Source: Myxococcota bacterium (GTDB taxonomy: Bacteria > Myxococcota_A > UBA9160 > UBA4427). Taken from it: 64,000 nucleotides of DNA. How positions within the stretch are numbered: the stretch's first letter is position 1; the number at the start of each line of letters is the position of its first letter. Positions 19,025 to 28,833 of this stretch are shown piece after piece. Both the position numbers and the translations under genes were made by a program. The stretch covers positions 6,571-70,570 of the forward strand of contig JAPKBZ010000002.1 in the NCBI GenBank assembly GCA_028823175.1, given 5' to 3'. The notes beneath the pieces are model-generated. The model had not been told where the DNA came from, searched no databases, and saw only the letters and a list, made by a program, of their open reading frames with translations.

Positions 19025-21450
19025 TGTACGTCTCCTACCGCTGGCTGGGCCGACACATCGATCTCGAGGGCATCTCCCCCGAGCAACTTTGCGAGGACCT
19101 CACCCTCTCCACCGCCGAGGTCGAAGGGATCGAGAAATTCGCGCCGCATCTCTCGGCCGTCCGGGTCGGAAAAGTGGAGACCCGGGTCCCGCATCCCGAC
19201 GCCGACAAGCTGAGCGTCTGCACCGTGGATATCGGCGAGGAGGAAAGTCTCAACATTGTCTGCGGAGCACCCAATGTGGATGCGGGCCAGAAAGTCGCCG
19301 TGGCTACCGTGGGCACCGTCCTTCCCGGAGATTTCAAGATCAAGAAATCCAAAATCCGCGGGGTCGAGAGCCGGGGCATGATCTGCTCGGTTCGGGAACT
19401 CGAACTCGGCGAGGATCACGACGGTATCTGGGTGCTTCCTGAAGAAGCCGAGATCGGCCAGCCCGTGGCCGACGCCGTAGGACTCAACGATTGGGTGATC
19501 GAGATCGACAACAAATCCCTCACCCATCGGCCCGACCTCTGGGGCCATCGCGGCATCGCAGCGGAGATCGCCGCCATCTATAGCCGCCCCCTCAAGCCGC
19601 TCTCCTTCGATTGGCCCGAGTGGGGCGACGGCGCGCCCTACCCGATCCGCATCGAGACCCCGGCCTGCTCGCGTTATATCGGCCTACAGATCGATGGCGC
19701 CAAGGCCACGGAATCCCCGGATTGGCTCAAGGGATTGCTCCTCGCCGTAGGCCAACGCTCCATCGACTGCCTGGTCGACCTTTCGAATTTTGTCATGCTC
19801 GACCTCGGTCAACCCAACCACACCTTCGACCGCCACGCTCTGGACTCCGACGGAATCGCAATCCGTATGGCGCGAGAAGGCGAGCAGATGACAACCCTCG
19901 ACGGGGAGGAGCGAGATCTCCAGCCGAGCGACCTGCTGATCTGCTCGGGCGATCGACCCGTCGCCCTGGCGGGAATCATGGGGGGTGAGGGCTCCAAAGT
20001 CGGGGACACGACCGACGCTCTCCTGCTCGAGATCGCCACCTTCGCCCCGGCGGTGGTGCGCCGCACCTCCTCGCGGCTGGGCCTGCGCACCGATGCTTCG
20101 GCTCGCTTCGAGAAGAGCCTCGATCCCACCCTGCCCCAGCGCGCCGGTGCCCACTTCGCACGGTTACTGCGCGAACTTCAGCCCGATGTGCGTTTCCCAG
20201 CTCCGCCCACCGACGTGGGCGAGTGGACAGATCCCGCGCACACCCTGACCCTCCGGCCGGAACAGGTACGCCGGGAACTCGGCAAGGCCATCCCGGACGA
20301 GGAGATCACCTCGATCCTCAAGCGCCTCGGTTTCGGGGTCGAAAAAAGTGAGGCGGGCTACGCGGTAGCGGTCCCCTCGTCGCGTTCCACCAAGGACGTC
20401 CACCTCGACCGGGACCTGGTGGAGGAAGTCGGCCGCATCTACCGCTACGGGAATATCGAAGAGAAATTCATGCGGGCCGACATCACTCCGCCCCCGAAGG
20501 ATCCCCGGCGACACCTCGTCCGGGCTCTCCAGGACCGCCTGGCCGGGGCCGGGCGTTTTCACGAAACCCTCAGCTACTCCTTCGTCCACGACGCATTGCT
20601 CGAGAAATTGGGCATGCTGGATCTCCCCCACGTCCGTATCGTCAACCCCGTCGCCCACGGTGAGGAACGCATTCGCCGCTCGGTGGCGCCCTCGCTGCTT
20701 GCTGGTCTCGAGACCAATCGCCGACTTCTCGACGATGTTCGTCTCTTCGAAGTCGGCAAGGGCTACCTGCCCGACCCCGAGGACCCAAACCGGGAACCCC
20801 AGGAACTCCACCTCGCCGGCCTCGTCTGGGCCAGCGCCCCCGCCGGCGCCGGAGCCCGCTTCGACGCCCACGCATTCAACCGACTCCAGGGCGTTGTCAC
20901 CGATCTGCTCGATCACCTCGAGGCCGCGGAAACCCACTGGCGACCTGCTCCGGCCCCGCCCCTCTGGGCCCACCCGGCCAAGGCCCTCGAAGCCGTCTGC
21001 ACAGAGAGCGGAGATGTCCTCGCCGTCGTCGCAGAACTCGACCCGGGCCTACACGCCGGGCTCGGCCTCTCGGGGGAGCAGGCCAGCGAGGTGGCCGTCG
21101 CCGAGGTTTCCATCGATGCTCTGCTGAAGGCACCCCAACGCGGTAGCCGATATAAAACCCTGGCGCGCTACCCGGGCATCAAACTCGACGTCGCCATTGC
21201 CCTCCCCGAGACGACCGCCGCCGCCGAGGTTCACAGCGCCATCAAAAAGGCCGGCAAGGGCAGCGTTGCCGACGCCGAACTCTTCGACCTCTACCGGGGC
21301 GACAGCGTGGGCGCGGGTCGCAAATCCCTCGCGTACCACGTCACGCTCCAGTCCGAGAAGAAAACGCTCACCGAAAAAGACGAGCAAAAGTTTCTCAAAC
21401 GCTTCGAGGCCCTGGTCGGCGAACTCGGCGGCGAACTCCGCAACGGCTAG
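19024..21450 (+). CDS. pheT: phenylalanine--tRNA ligase beta subunit
   Basis: Start reassigned to ATG 19024, overlapping the pheS stop (TAATG). N-terminal tRNA-binding domain (VRVGKVETRVPHPDADKLSVCTVDIG), then B3/4, B5 and a C-terminal FDX-ACB-like domain. Confidence 0.95.
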   Translation: MYVSYRWLGRHIDLEGISPEQLCEDLTLSTAEVEGIEKFAPHLSAVRVGKVETRVPHPDADKLSVCTVDIGEEESLNIVCGAPNVDAGQKVAVATVGTVLPGDFKIKKSKIRGVESRGMICSVRELELGEDHDGIWVLPEEAEIGQPVADAVGLNDWVIEIDNKSLTHRPDLWGHRGIAAEIAAIYSRPLKPLSFDWPEWGDGAPYPIRIETPACSRYIGLQIDGAKATESPDWLKGLLLAVGQRSIDCLVDLSNFVMLDLGQPNHTFDRHALDSDGIAIRMAREGEQMTTLDGEERDLQPSDLLICSGDRPVALAGIMGGEGSKVGDTTDALLLEIATFAPAVVRRTSSRLGLRTDASARFEKSLDPTLPQRAGAHFARLLRELQPDVRFPAPPTDVGEWTDPAHTLTLRPEQVRRELGKAIPDEEITSILKRLGFGVEKSEAGYAVAVPSSRSTKDVHLDRDLVEEVGRIYRYGNIEEKFMRADITPPPKDPRRHLVRALQDRLAGAGRFHETLSYSFVHDALLEKLGMLDLPHVRIVNPVAHGEERIRRSVAPSLLAGLETNRRLLDDVRLFEVGKGYLPDPEDPNREPQELHLAGLVWASAPAGAGARFDAHAFNRLQGVVTDLLDHLEAAETHWRPAPAPPLWAHPAKALEAVCTESGDVLAVVAELDPGLHAGLGLSGEQASEVAVAEVSIDALLKAPQRGSRYKTLARYPGIKLDVAIALPETTAAAEVHSAIKKAGKGSVADAELFDLYRGDSVGAGRKSLAYHVTLQSEKKTLTEKDEQKFLKRFEALVGELGGELRNG

Positions 21451-21974
21451 CCCGGTGTGAGCATCCGGCGGTGCTTGTTCTTCACCGCAAAATCGGCGAC
21501 ATGCGAAGCACACCAGGCATCGGGCTTCACGAGCACCGGGAAGCCGCTCCCCGCCACCATGCCCGCGAGCTGTTTGACATAGCTGCTCGAGTCGAATCGG
21601 GTATCGGGGTTGGCATCGACGTGAACCCAGATGCGTTTCTTTTCGGTAGGAAGATCGAACTCGGCATTCATCCGCAGGGCGAGCTCCAGGCTTAGCCAGG
21701 TTTCCATCGAAAGCTTGTCGAAGAGCGACATATTCTTCTCCGCGAATTGCCGGGTATAAAAGACGCGCCCTCCCTTGCCGGGATTCAAAACGCAGAGGAC
21801 GGTGACGAACTCCATCCGGCGCACCGACCGCTGCGCGTCGGTCCCGATATGCACCGTGCGCCCCTGATCGAGCAGTTGTTCGACGCTGGACATCACATCG
21901 AGCATTTCGACACCGCCGAGGGTCCACCAGCGACCCAAGGCCGCTTCGTTGCTCCCTGGGCGGAGCGGGCTCAT
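21447..21974 (-). CDS. ribonuclease H-like YkuK (DUF458) family protein
   Basis: By-eye match to the YkuK pattern (VHIGTDAQ..., FVTVLCVLNPGKGGRVFY, SMETWLSLELA, WVHVDANPD, KPDAWCASHVAD). Confidence 0.6.
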   Translation of the reverse strand: MSPLRPGSNEAALGRWWTLGGVEMLDVMSSVEQLLDQGRTVHIGTDAQRSVRRMEFVTVLCVLNPGKGGRVFYTRQFAEKNMSLFDKLSMETWLSLELALRMNAEFDLPTEKKRIWVHVDANPDTRFDSSSYVKQLAGMVAGSGFPVLVKPDAWCASHVADFAVKNKHRRMLTPG

Positions 21975-21995
21975 GCGCTGCTCCGGGGTGGGCTT

Positions 21996-22090
21996 GGGGA
22001 GCGGCGGGGGGAGCGGGGGGGGGAGCGACCTGGAGAGCGGCCTGGAGAGCGGCCAGGAGAGCGGCTTGGCACTGGAGAGCGGCTTGGCGC
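21996..22090. repeat. array of short G-rich direct repeats (GGGGAGCGG / CYTGGAGAGCGG, about 8 copies)
   Basis: Read directly: ggggagcggc ggggggagcg ggggggggagcgacc tggagagcggcc tggagagcggcc aggagagcggc ttggcactggagagcggc. It lies immediately 5' of the ykuK-like start on the minus strand. Confidence 0.85.
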
Positions 22091-22347
22091 CGAAGCCTCA
22101 CTTGCCGAGCTAGAGAGATCCGCGGACATCAACCGGTCATGCTCCCCGAGCAATTTTACCTTCATCATCTTCGCCGCTTGACTCGCGGAAAGCAAATCGA
22201 AGGCCTTCGAGGTCGCCGCCTCGCCAAACCCTGACGAGATCCCAACGCGTGGGATCGGCCTCTGAGACACTCAGCAGGGGGCGAGCGGGCATACTAGAGT
22301 GAGGACACCATCGAAGGTCGACAAAACGCGGCGAAAGGGGGAACCCC

Positions 22348-23355
22348 ATGGATCTGGGCCTAATTCTCACAGGAGGCAGCGCCCGGGGCAACGTGGAGCT
22401 GGGCGTGCGTGCAGAAAAAGCGGGCTTCGACGCGGTCTACGCCTGCGAGTTTTTTAACCAGCAGACATTCCCGGTCCTCGGGGCTCTGGCCCAGGCCACC
22501 GAAAGGATTCGCCTGGGTACGGGAATCGCCAGCGCTTTTGTTCGCTCTCCCCTCACCCACGCCACGGCGGCCATGGATATCGACGAGTTGTCCGAGGGGC
22601 GGATGATCCTGGGGCTGGGCAGTGGAACCTCGCGCATGAACGAGGAGTGGTTCGGCGTCCCCTTCTCCAGGCCCGCCGCCCGAAGCCGCGAATTGCTCGT
22701 GCTCTTGCGTCAACTCTTTCGCGCGGCAGGGGGCCTTGGCTTCAAGTTCAAGGGTGATTTCTACGACCTGAAAATTCCCGTCTACTCCCGCCCGGGGGCG
22801 GCCCGGGAAGAAATCCCCCTCTGGCTCGCCGCGGTCAATCGCGGGATGATGGCCGCCGCCGGCGCCCAAGCCGACGGCATGGTGGGCCACCCCATCGCGA
22901 CGCGGCGCTGGCACCGAGAGGTAACCCTGCCCACCCTGCGCGAGGCCGAAGCCGGTGCTGGCCGGGAGGCTGGGGCCTGCCGGCTCGTCCCCTACGTCAT
23001 GACCTCGCTATGCGAGGACCGCGACCAGGCGATTCGCGACGCCAAGGGACAAATCGGTTTCTACTACACGGTCTCGGTCTACCGCACGATTCTCGATTAC
23101 CACGGTCTGCCCGAGGTCGCCGACGCCTGCCGAGCCGCCCTCCCCCGCTTCGATATCCGCGCCATGGCCGAGGCCATCCCCGATTCCCTGGTCGACGAAA
23201 TTGCCATCGCCTGCACGCCGGATGAAGCCCGAGATCGTTTGGCCCAATGGGACGACCTGGCCGAAGAGGTGATGCTCTACGCGCCCCAGGTGGGTGTCGC
23301 CCCGGGCCGGGTGCGGGCCAATCTCGACACCATTCTCGACGTCTTCAAACGCTGA
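22348..23355 (+). CDS. LLM-class (luciferase-like) flavin/F420-dependent oxidoreductase
   Basis: TIM-barrel LLM pattern (GFDAVYACEF..., RMILGLGSG...). Confidence 0.8.
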   Translation: MDLGLILTGGSARGNVELGVRAEKAGFDAVYACEFFNQQTFPVLGALAQATERIRLGTGIASAFVRSPLTHATAAMDIDELSEGRMILGLGSGTSRMNEEWFGVPFSRPAARSRELLVLLRQLFRAAGGLGFKFKGDFYDLKIPVYSRPGAAREEIPLWLAAVNRGMMAAAGAQADGMVGHPIATRRWHREVTLPTLREAEAGAGREAGACRLVPYVMTSLCEDRDQAIRDAKGQIGFYYTVSVYRTILDYHGLPEVADACRAALPRFDIRAMAEAIPDSLVDEIAIACTPDEARDRLAQWDDLAEEVMLYAPQVGVAPGRVRANLDTILDVFKR

Positions 23356-24073
23356 GTTCGGCGATTTCCCCGGCGAAGCTCCGTTGGGCTTCAGCCGCGT
23401 ACGCCTCGTCGCTCCCGGGCCAAACCAAAACCCAATCCGGGTCGGCCCGTCTCCGCCAAGCCTCGAGTTCGCCGCGCCATTCCTCCGGGCCGCGCCCGCC
23501 CTCCCCCGAAAGCGGGTAGACCAGGGCCAGCGGGCCCTCTCGGTCCGGCCGTTCCGGGGATTGGCCCGGCAGCACATCCCGGAGCCGCCCGGTGCAGCCC
23601 GCTTGCGAGGCGCCGGGGCGCCCCTCCCCAGGCTCGAGCCATAGGGCCGGATGCGGCGTCTGCTCGGGGCGCGGCAAGCAGCGCAGTTCGGGAAAGTGGT
23701 AGAGCGCACCGCGATGCGCGAAGGGCTCGCCCCGCCAGGCGTTCAGGACGATCTCGAGGCTTTCGGCGCAGGCCCCCGCCCGAGGGGACCAATCCAGGCG
23801 TCCCCCCGAGAGGATATCGAGGGCGGCCAGATCCTCGGCCAGGCGGAGCGGGTGCAGGTCGGCGGGCAGGGGCGCGCGCAGCCCAATCCGCACGGAGCGG
23901 CTGCTTTCGGCGATGCGAGCCAGGCCAAAGAGGCTGCGCCCGGCCGAGGGCTCGACGCCGGGCCGCACGTCGAGCCAAACCGCCGCAAAGCCCTGGGCTT
24001 CAGCCGCTGCGAGCCGATCCAGGCGGGCCTCGTCCCCCGCTCCCTCGATCTCACCGATGACGCCGATCTTCAT
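23345..24073 (-). CDS. short LLM-like (luciferase-like) protein
   Basis: 242-aa ORF. The N-terminus MKIGVIGEI...AEAQGFAAVWLDV resembles an LLM N-terminus, and the rest is divergent. Convergent 11-bp overlap with the previous gene. Confidence 0.5.
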   Translation of the reverse strand: MKIGVIGEIEGAGDEARLDRLAAAEAQGFAAVWLDVRPGVEPSAGRSLFGLARIAESSRSVRIGLRAPLPADLHPLRLAEDLAALDILSGGRLDWSPRAGACAESLEIVLNAWRGEPFAHRGALYHFPELRCLPRPEQTPHPALWLEPGEGRPGASQAGCTGRLRDVLPGQSPERPDREGPLALVYPLSGEGGRGPEEWRGELEAWRRRADPDWVLVWPGSDEAYAAEAQRSFAGEIAELSV

Positions 24074-24188
24074 TCCCCCCCCAATCTCGCGTCCCGGGTC
24101 GGTTTTCTACGCGTTCCCCACCCGGGTATGGGGATCGAGCGCCTTCGAAAGTACCATCGTGGGGCACGATCGACGATGGGAGTCCCGC

Positions 24189-25283
24189 ATGCCGACGAAA
24201 ACCAGCCTGGCCATGGTCCACACGGCCCCCCGCCAACTCGTCGCCCAGGAGGTGGCCATCCCCGAAATCGGCCACGACGACGCCCTCCTCCGAATCGAGG
24301 CGTGCGGGATTTGCGGCAGCGATTACGAGCAATTCGAGGGCGTCCTGCGAAGCCCCATGCCGGCCATCCCGGGCCACGAACCCCTGGGCATCATCGAAAG
24401 GATCGGGGACGGCGCCGCCACGCGCTGGGGCGTCGACGTCGGGGATCGCATCGCCGTAGAAACCATGCTCGCCTGCCGGAACTGCCCGAATTGCCTGTCC
24501 GGGAGTTACCACCTCTGTCCCACTCGCCGCATCTATTCCTATATCCCCCTGGCCGATGCGCCCGGGCTCTGGGGCGCCTATTCCCAATTTATGTACCTCC
24601 ATCCCAACAGCATCGTGCACAAGATCGATCCAACGCTGCCGGCCGAGCTTGCCGTCATGTTCAATCCCCTGGGTGCGGGCTTTCGCTGGGGCGTGGAGAT
24701 GCCGGGCACCCGGCCCGGGGATACGGTCGTGATCATGGGGCCAGGCCAGCGCGGCCTGTCCTGTGTACTGGCTTGCCGAGAAGCCGGCGCGGCCCAAATC
24801 ATCGTGACGGGCCTGGCCGCCGACCACCGCAAACTTGAGTTGGCCCGACACTTCGGCGCTCACCACACCATCGACGTCCAGAACGAGGACCCGGTGCAAA
24901 GGGTTCGTGAAATCACTAACGGCCGGGGGGTCGATGTCGTCGTCGATGTCTCCTCCTACGCGACCGAGCCCATCGTCCAGGCCCTCGATTTCGTCACCTT
25001 CGGGGGCAGCGTCGTTCTCGCGGGCACCAAGGGGTTCAAGGCCGTCCCCGATTTCATCTCCGACAAGGTCGTGATGAAAGAGATCACCCTGCGCGGCGCC
25101 ATCGGCGTGACCTCCTCGGGCTACGCCAACGCGATCCGGCTGATCGAATCGCGCAGCACGCCGATCGAGAAAATGCACACCCACCGCTTCGCGTTACGCG
25201 ACGCCGAGCTCGCCATCCGCACCCTGGCCCGGGAGATCCCCGACGAGGAATCGATCCACTCGTGCTTGGTGCCCGAGAGCTAA
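24189..25283 (+). CDS. zinc-dependent alcohol dehydrogenase (MDR family)
   Basis: Start reassigned to ATG 24189. GICGSDYE catalytic Zn motif, structural Zn Cys cluster CRNCPNCLSGSYHLC, GPGQRG Rossmann motif. Confidence 0.85.
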   Translation: MPTKTSLAMVHTAPRQLVAQEVAIPEIGHDDALLRIEACGICGSDYEQFEGVLRSPMPAIPGHEPLGIIERIGDGAATRWGVDVGDRIAVETMLACRNCPNCLSGSYHLCPTRRIYSYIPLADAPGLWGAYSQFMYLHPNSIVHKIDPTLPAELAVMFNPLGAGFRWGVEMPGTRPGDTVVIMGPGQRGLSCVLACREAGAAQIIVTGLAADHRKLELARHFGAHHTIDVQNEDPVQRVREITNGRGVDVVVDVSSYATEPIVQALDFVTFGGSVVLAGTKGFKAVPDFISDKVVMKEITLRGAIGVTSSGYANAIRLIESRSTPIEKMHTHRFALRDAELAIRTLAREIPDEESIHSCLVPES

Positions 25284-25425
25284 ACCACCCGCCGGCTCGG
25301 AGTTTTTACCCCTGCGCGCCGGGCGCGGTACGATCTCCCTAAGGCTTGCCCCCCGGAAACCCGTAAAACCAAAAGAGCGGCGATCCCCCCGCGCCAGCAG
25401 AATTCGGGGCCAGGAGGAGGCAGGA

Positions 25426-28400
25426 ATGAGCTGGAGTGGCAAGCCCCGCCAGGGAGCCAACGGATCGGTGTGCCGGCCCCGCCTCCGGGTGGCCCAAGGC
25501 GGAGCTCTCCTTCTCCTCAGTGGCGCCCTCGTACTCCCCGCGCCACCGCTCTCGGCCGCCTGTCTGCCCGACCCCGCCTCGCCCGGAGACACGGTCAGCT
25601 GCTCCGGCAACAACCCGGCGGGATACGCCGTTCCCACCGGCGTCGATTCTGTCACCGTCGTGATCGAGGAGAACGCCACGGTCACCGCTCCCGGCGATGG
25701 GATCGTGGTGGAGAACACCAGCGCCGTCACCAACCACGGCCAGATCGACGTGACCGGGAGCGGCAGCAGCGGCATCCTCGGCGGCGATGGAACCTCGTCG
25801 GAGGCCGCCCCCTTCGTCAATTCCCTCGGCGGCTCGATCGTCGTCTCCGGGCCAGATGCCTTCGGCATCCATGTCGGAACCCGGACACGCACCGAAAACA
25901 ACGGCACAATCGAAGCGGCCGGGAGCGGCAGCACGGGAATCGCAGTTCTGAACTCTTCCGGAGTCTTCAACACCGGGAGCCTCGAGGTGTCGGGCGTCAA
26001 CGCCACGGGCGTTTCTGGGGCGACTGGGGTGCTCCTCGAGAGCACCGGCTCGATCACCGTTTCCGGGGACCAGGCCACGGGCGCCTCGCTCGGAAGCGGC
26101 TCCCAGATTGTGCACGGCGGGGACCTGACCCTCAGCGGCGTGGGCACCACCGGCCTGGCCGGGGGCAGGAACACCGTCATCGACAACCGGCCCGGTGCCC
26201 AGATCGTTTTGGAGGCGACGGCCCTCGACGCGGTGGGCCTCGCGGGGGGCGACTCCGCCGGCCAGATCACCAATCGGGGATCCATCATCTCATCGGCTCC
26301 GGGAAGTACCGGCATTCGCCTGGGCAACAACGCCAGCGTGGGGGGCAACCTCGGCACGATGGTTTTCAACGCAAACGACAGCATCGGCCTTCAGGGCGGC
26401 CAGGGAACCGCCACGGTCAACGAGTTCGGGGCCTCCCTCGAAATGACGGGAGACAACGTCATCGGGATCCAAATCGCGGGCGGCGGCCAGGCGATCAATG
26501 CCGGAACCATGACCCTCAACGGCCCCGGCGCGCGAGGCGGGGTGGGCGGCGACGGAAGCGCCGGCTCCCCCACCCGTTTCAATAATGACCCCGGGGCGAC
26601 CCTCAGCGTAAGCGGCCCGGAGGTCCTCGGCGCCGATTTAGGGATCTTCACCGAGGGGGGCAACTCCGGGAGCATCGAAGTCCTGGGCACCAATGCCATC
26701 GCTATCCGAGCAGGCTCGGACAGCCTCTTCTTCAACCGGGGCGAGATCAGTATCGGCGGAAGCGGAAGCCACGGCATCGAGATCGGGGCCCACTCGGACC
26801 CCGATCAAGCCAGCTTCACCAATGCAGCGGGGGTCTTCGGAACTCCCGGCGGCATATTGCGCAGCACCGACCCCGCAGCCGGGGCCCTGATCCTCATGGG
26901 CGAAGCCCTCCCGGGCGGCGCAAGCCGAATCGAAAATGGGGCGGGTGCGTCGATCTTGGCCGATCTCAGCGAGCTCGGCGTCCCGGGCCGGGGCATCGCG
27001 ATCCAGGGCTCGCCCGGAGACGACGTGGTTCTCAACGCGGGCCTCATTCAGGGCACCGTGCTCCTCGCCGAAGGCGACGATCGTTTCTTGCTGGCAACCG
27101 GGGCCGAACTCAGCGCTCTCGGGAATCCGGTCGTCGACGGCGGAACCGGCGCCAATACCCTCGAACTCACAGGAGAGCCGGGCGCTCTCGGGCAATTCGA
27201 CTCGGGCCTCGCTGAGAATTTTGGTTCGCTCCGGATCAGCTCCGGGCGCTGGCAACTCACCGGGCAGAGTCCCGGAACCCGCGATGTCGTGGTTGATCGC
27301 AACGGAACCCTCACCCTGGTGGCGCCCACGACGATCGACGGAAGCTATAGCCACGCGCCCCCGACATCCCTGGTCCCCCAACCCGGTGACCCCGAGCCCA
27401 CCCTACAAGCTCTCTTGAGCGCGGCGACCCAGGACGGGCCCCTCCTGACCACCACCGGGAGCGCTGCCCTCGGTGACGGCCTCCTCGAAGTCATCATCGG
27501 CGGAGGCTTTCGCGGGCAGGCGGATTTCATCCTCCTCCAGGCCGACGGGGGCCGCATCAACGAGTTCGACCGCATCGTCTTGCCCAACAACCCCGATTTC
27601 GTCATTGGCGTTCCGGTCTATTCGGCCAACCAGATTTCGCTCTCGGTCAACGTCACCGGCTACTCCGACAACCAATGGGCCACCTCCCAAGCCATCACCG
27701 CTCTCTCTGGCCCCGGCGCCAGCAGCGATACCCAGGCGCTCGTCTCCCAGACCGAAATCCTGGACTTCGAAAGCTACCTCGACGCCATGGACCAGCTCAG
27801 CCCCGCGGCCTACGGCGCCCACACCCAGGCGACCCTCGAGCTCGGCAACCGCTTCGTGCAAACGCTCCTCGAACGACCCCGCTTCTGCATCGCTCCGGCG
27901 GGCCAAGTCGTGACCGATCCGCGCACCCGGACTCTCTGCCGCGAGCGCCCCCTGGAGCCGTGGATCACATCCTACGGCCAGTTCAGCGATTACCGGGGCC
28001 GACCGGGGCAGATCTCATACAGCGACGATGCCGGGGGCCTCGCCCTGGGCGTCGATGGCCGGGTAGACGAAAACCTTGTGGTCTCGGCCTCCCTGGGCAC
28101 CGCCTACGATTCGATTCACGTGGATGGCGCGGGGCCCGGCGACTTCAAGACCCTCGATCTCGGACTCTACGCGGGGTATACGGCGGGCAATTTTCGCCTT
28201 CAGGGCGTGACCAGCTACGGCCACAGCTGGCAGCACCGGGTTCGTGACTTCGCCATCGGCGATTTCGTCAACCGCGCCGAGGGCGATTACGGAATCGATC
28301 GCCTCGAGATCCGAGCCGAGGCCGAGTACGGCATCGAGAGCGGCGCGCTCCTGATCAGCCCGGCCCTCTCCCTCGACTACACGGCGCTGCTGCAATCCGA

Positions 28401-28809
28401 GATCAGGGAGAGCGGTGGTGGCGGCGCGGCCCTCGTCCTGCCGAGCCGTACCGACTCCACAGGGACCGCCCGTATCGGGTTCGACCTCACCACGGCCCTG
28501 CACAAGAACGGCTACTGGACAGACCTGCTCGAGAATGTCGACGGCGTCTGGCGCCCCCGCTTCTCCCTGCGCTGGCGCCAGCCCCTGGGCGAAGAGCGGA
28601 GCCGGATCGAGGCTCACTTCCTCGACTCGACGGCGGACGCCTTCAGCATCGAGAGCCAGAACTTCCAGCAGGGCTTCGAAGTCGGTGCCGGACTCGACTG
28701 GACGCCCCTGGTGGCCGATCGGCTCACCTTCACCCTTCGCTATGACGGTTTTCTCTGGAAGGACACCACGGTCAACGCGGTGACTGCCCAGGTCCGCTTG
28801 AGTTTCTAG
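25426..28809 (+). CDS. autotransporter outer-membrane protein (Gly-rich beta-helical passenger + C-terminal beta-barrel)
   Basis: AGGAGGAGG SD and a signal peptide. Periodic G-x4-G-[IV]-x-x-G repeats. The C-terminal ~280 aa is an autotransporter beta-domain ending ...QVRLSF. Confidence 0.85.
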   Translation: MSWSGKPRQGANGSVCRPRLRVAQGGALLLLSGALVLPAPPLSAACLPDPASPGDTVSCSGNNPAGYAVPTGVDSVTVVIEENATVTAPGDGIVVENTSAVTNHGQIDVTGSGSSGILGGDGTSSEAAPFVNSLGGSIVVSGPDAFGIHVGTRTRTENNGTIEAAGSGSTGIAVLNSSGVFNTGSLEVSGVNATGVSGATGVLLESTGSITVSGDQATGASLGSGSQIVHGGDLTLSGVGTTGLAGGRNTVIDNRPGAQIVLEATALDAVGLAGGDSAGQITNRGSIISSAPGSTGIRLGNNASVGGNLGTMVFNANDSIGLQGGQGTATVNEFGASLEMTGDNVIGIQIAGGGQAINAGTMTLNGPGARGGVGGDGSAGSPTRFNNDPGATLSVSGPEVLGADLGIFTEGGNSGSIEVLGTNAIAIRAGSDSLFFNRGEISIGGSGSHGIEIGAHSDPDQASFTNAAGVFGTPGGILRSTDPAAGALILMGEALPGGASRIENGAGASILADLSELGVPGRGIAIQGSPGDDVVLNAGLIQGTVLLAEGDDRFLLATGAELSALGNPVVDGGTGANTLELTGEPGALGQFDSGLAENFGSLRISSGRWQLTGQSPGTRDVVVDRNGTLTLVAPTTIDGSYSHAPPTSLVPQPGDPEPTLQALLSAATQDGPLLTTTGSAALGDGLLEVIIGGGFRGQADFILLQADGGRINEFDRIVLPNNPDFVIGVPVYSANQISLSVNVTGYSDNQWATSQAITALSGPGASSDTQALVSQTEILDFESYLDAMDQLSPAAYGAHTQATLELGNRFVQTLLERPRFCIAPAGQVVTDPRTRTLCRERPLEPWITSYGQFSDYRGRPGQISYSDDAGGLALGVDGRVDENLVVSASLGTAYDSIHVDGAGPGDFKTLDLGLYAGYTAGNFRLQGVTSYGHSWQHRVRDFAIGDFVNRAEGDYGIDRLEIRAEAEYGIESGALLISPALSLDYTALLQSEIRESGGGGAALVLPSRTDSTGTARIGFDLTTALHKNGYWTDLLENVDGVWRPRFSLRWRQPLGEERSRIEAHFLDSTADAFSIESQNFQQGFEVGAGLDWTPLVADRLTFTLRYDGFLWKDTTVNAVTAQVRLSF

Positions 28810-28833
28810 AACGCGGCGCTCAACAACGCGCTC

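Noticed and set aside
21996-22090. Possible CRISPR array, because of the regularly spaced short repeats.
   Set aside because: The units are only 9-12 bp and directly abutting, with no 25-40-bp unique spacers and no cas genes nearby. It is a simple tandem repeat.
21971-22270. 99-aa minus-strand ORF (MSQRPIPRVG...(RSPG)n) ending in an ATGA overlap with the ykuK-like gene, considered as a CDS feature.
   Set aside because: It has many A/T-ending codons, unlike all confident genes here. The C-terminal half is just the translation of the 12-bp repeat array, and the start is a weak GTG. I kept it as a finding rather than a called gene.
28810-28833. Candidate rho-independent terminators after the autotransporter genes (28810-28833 and 38896-38931).
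   Set aside because: Only short imperfect GC palindromes are present, with no following T-tract. That is not enough to call terminators.
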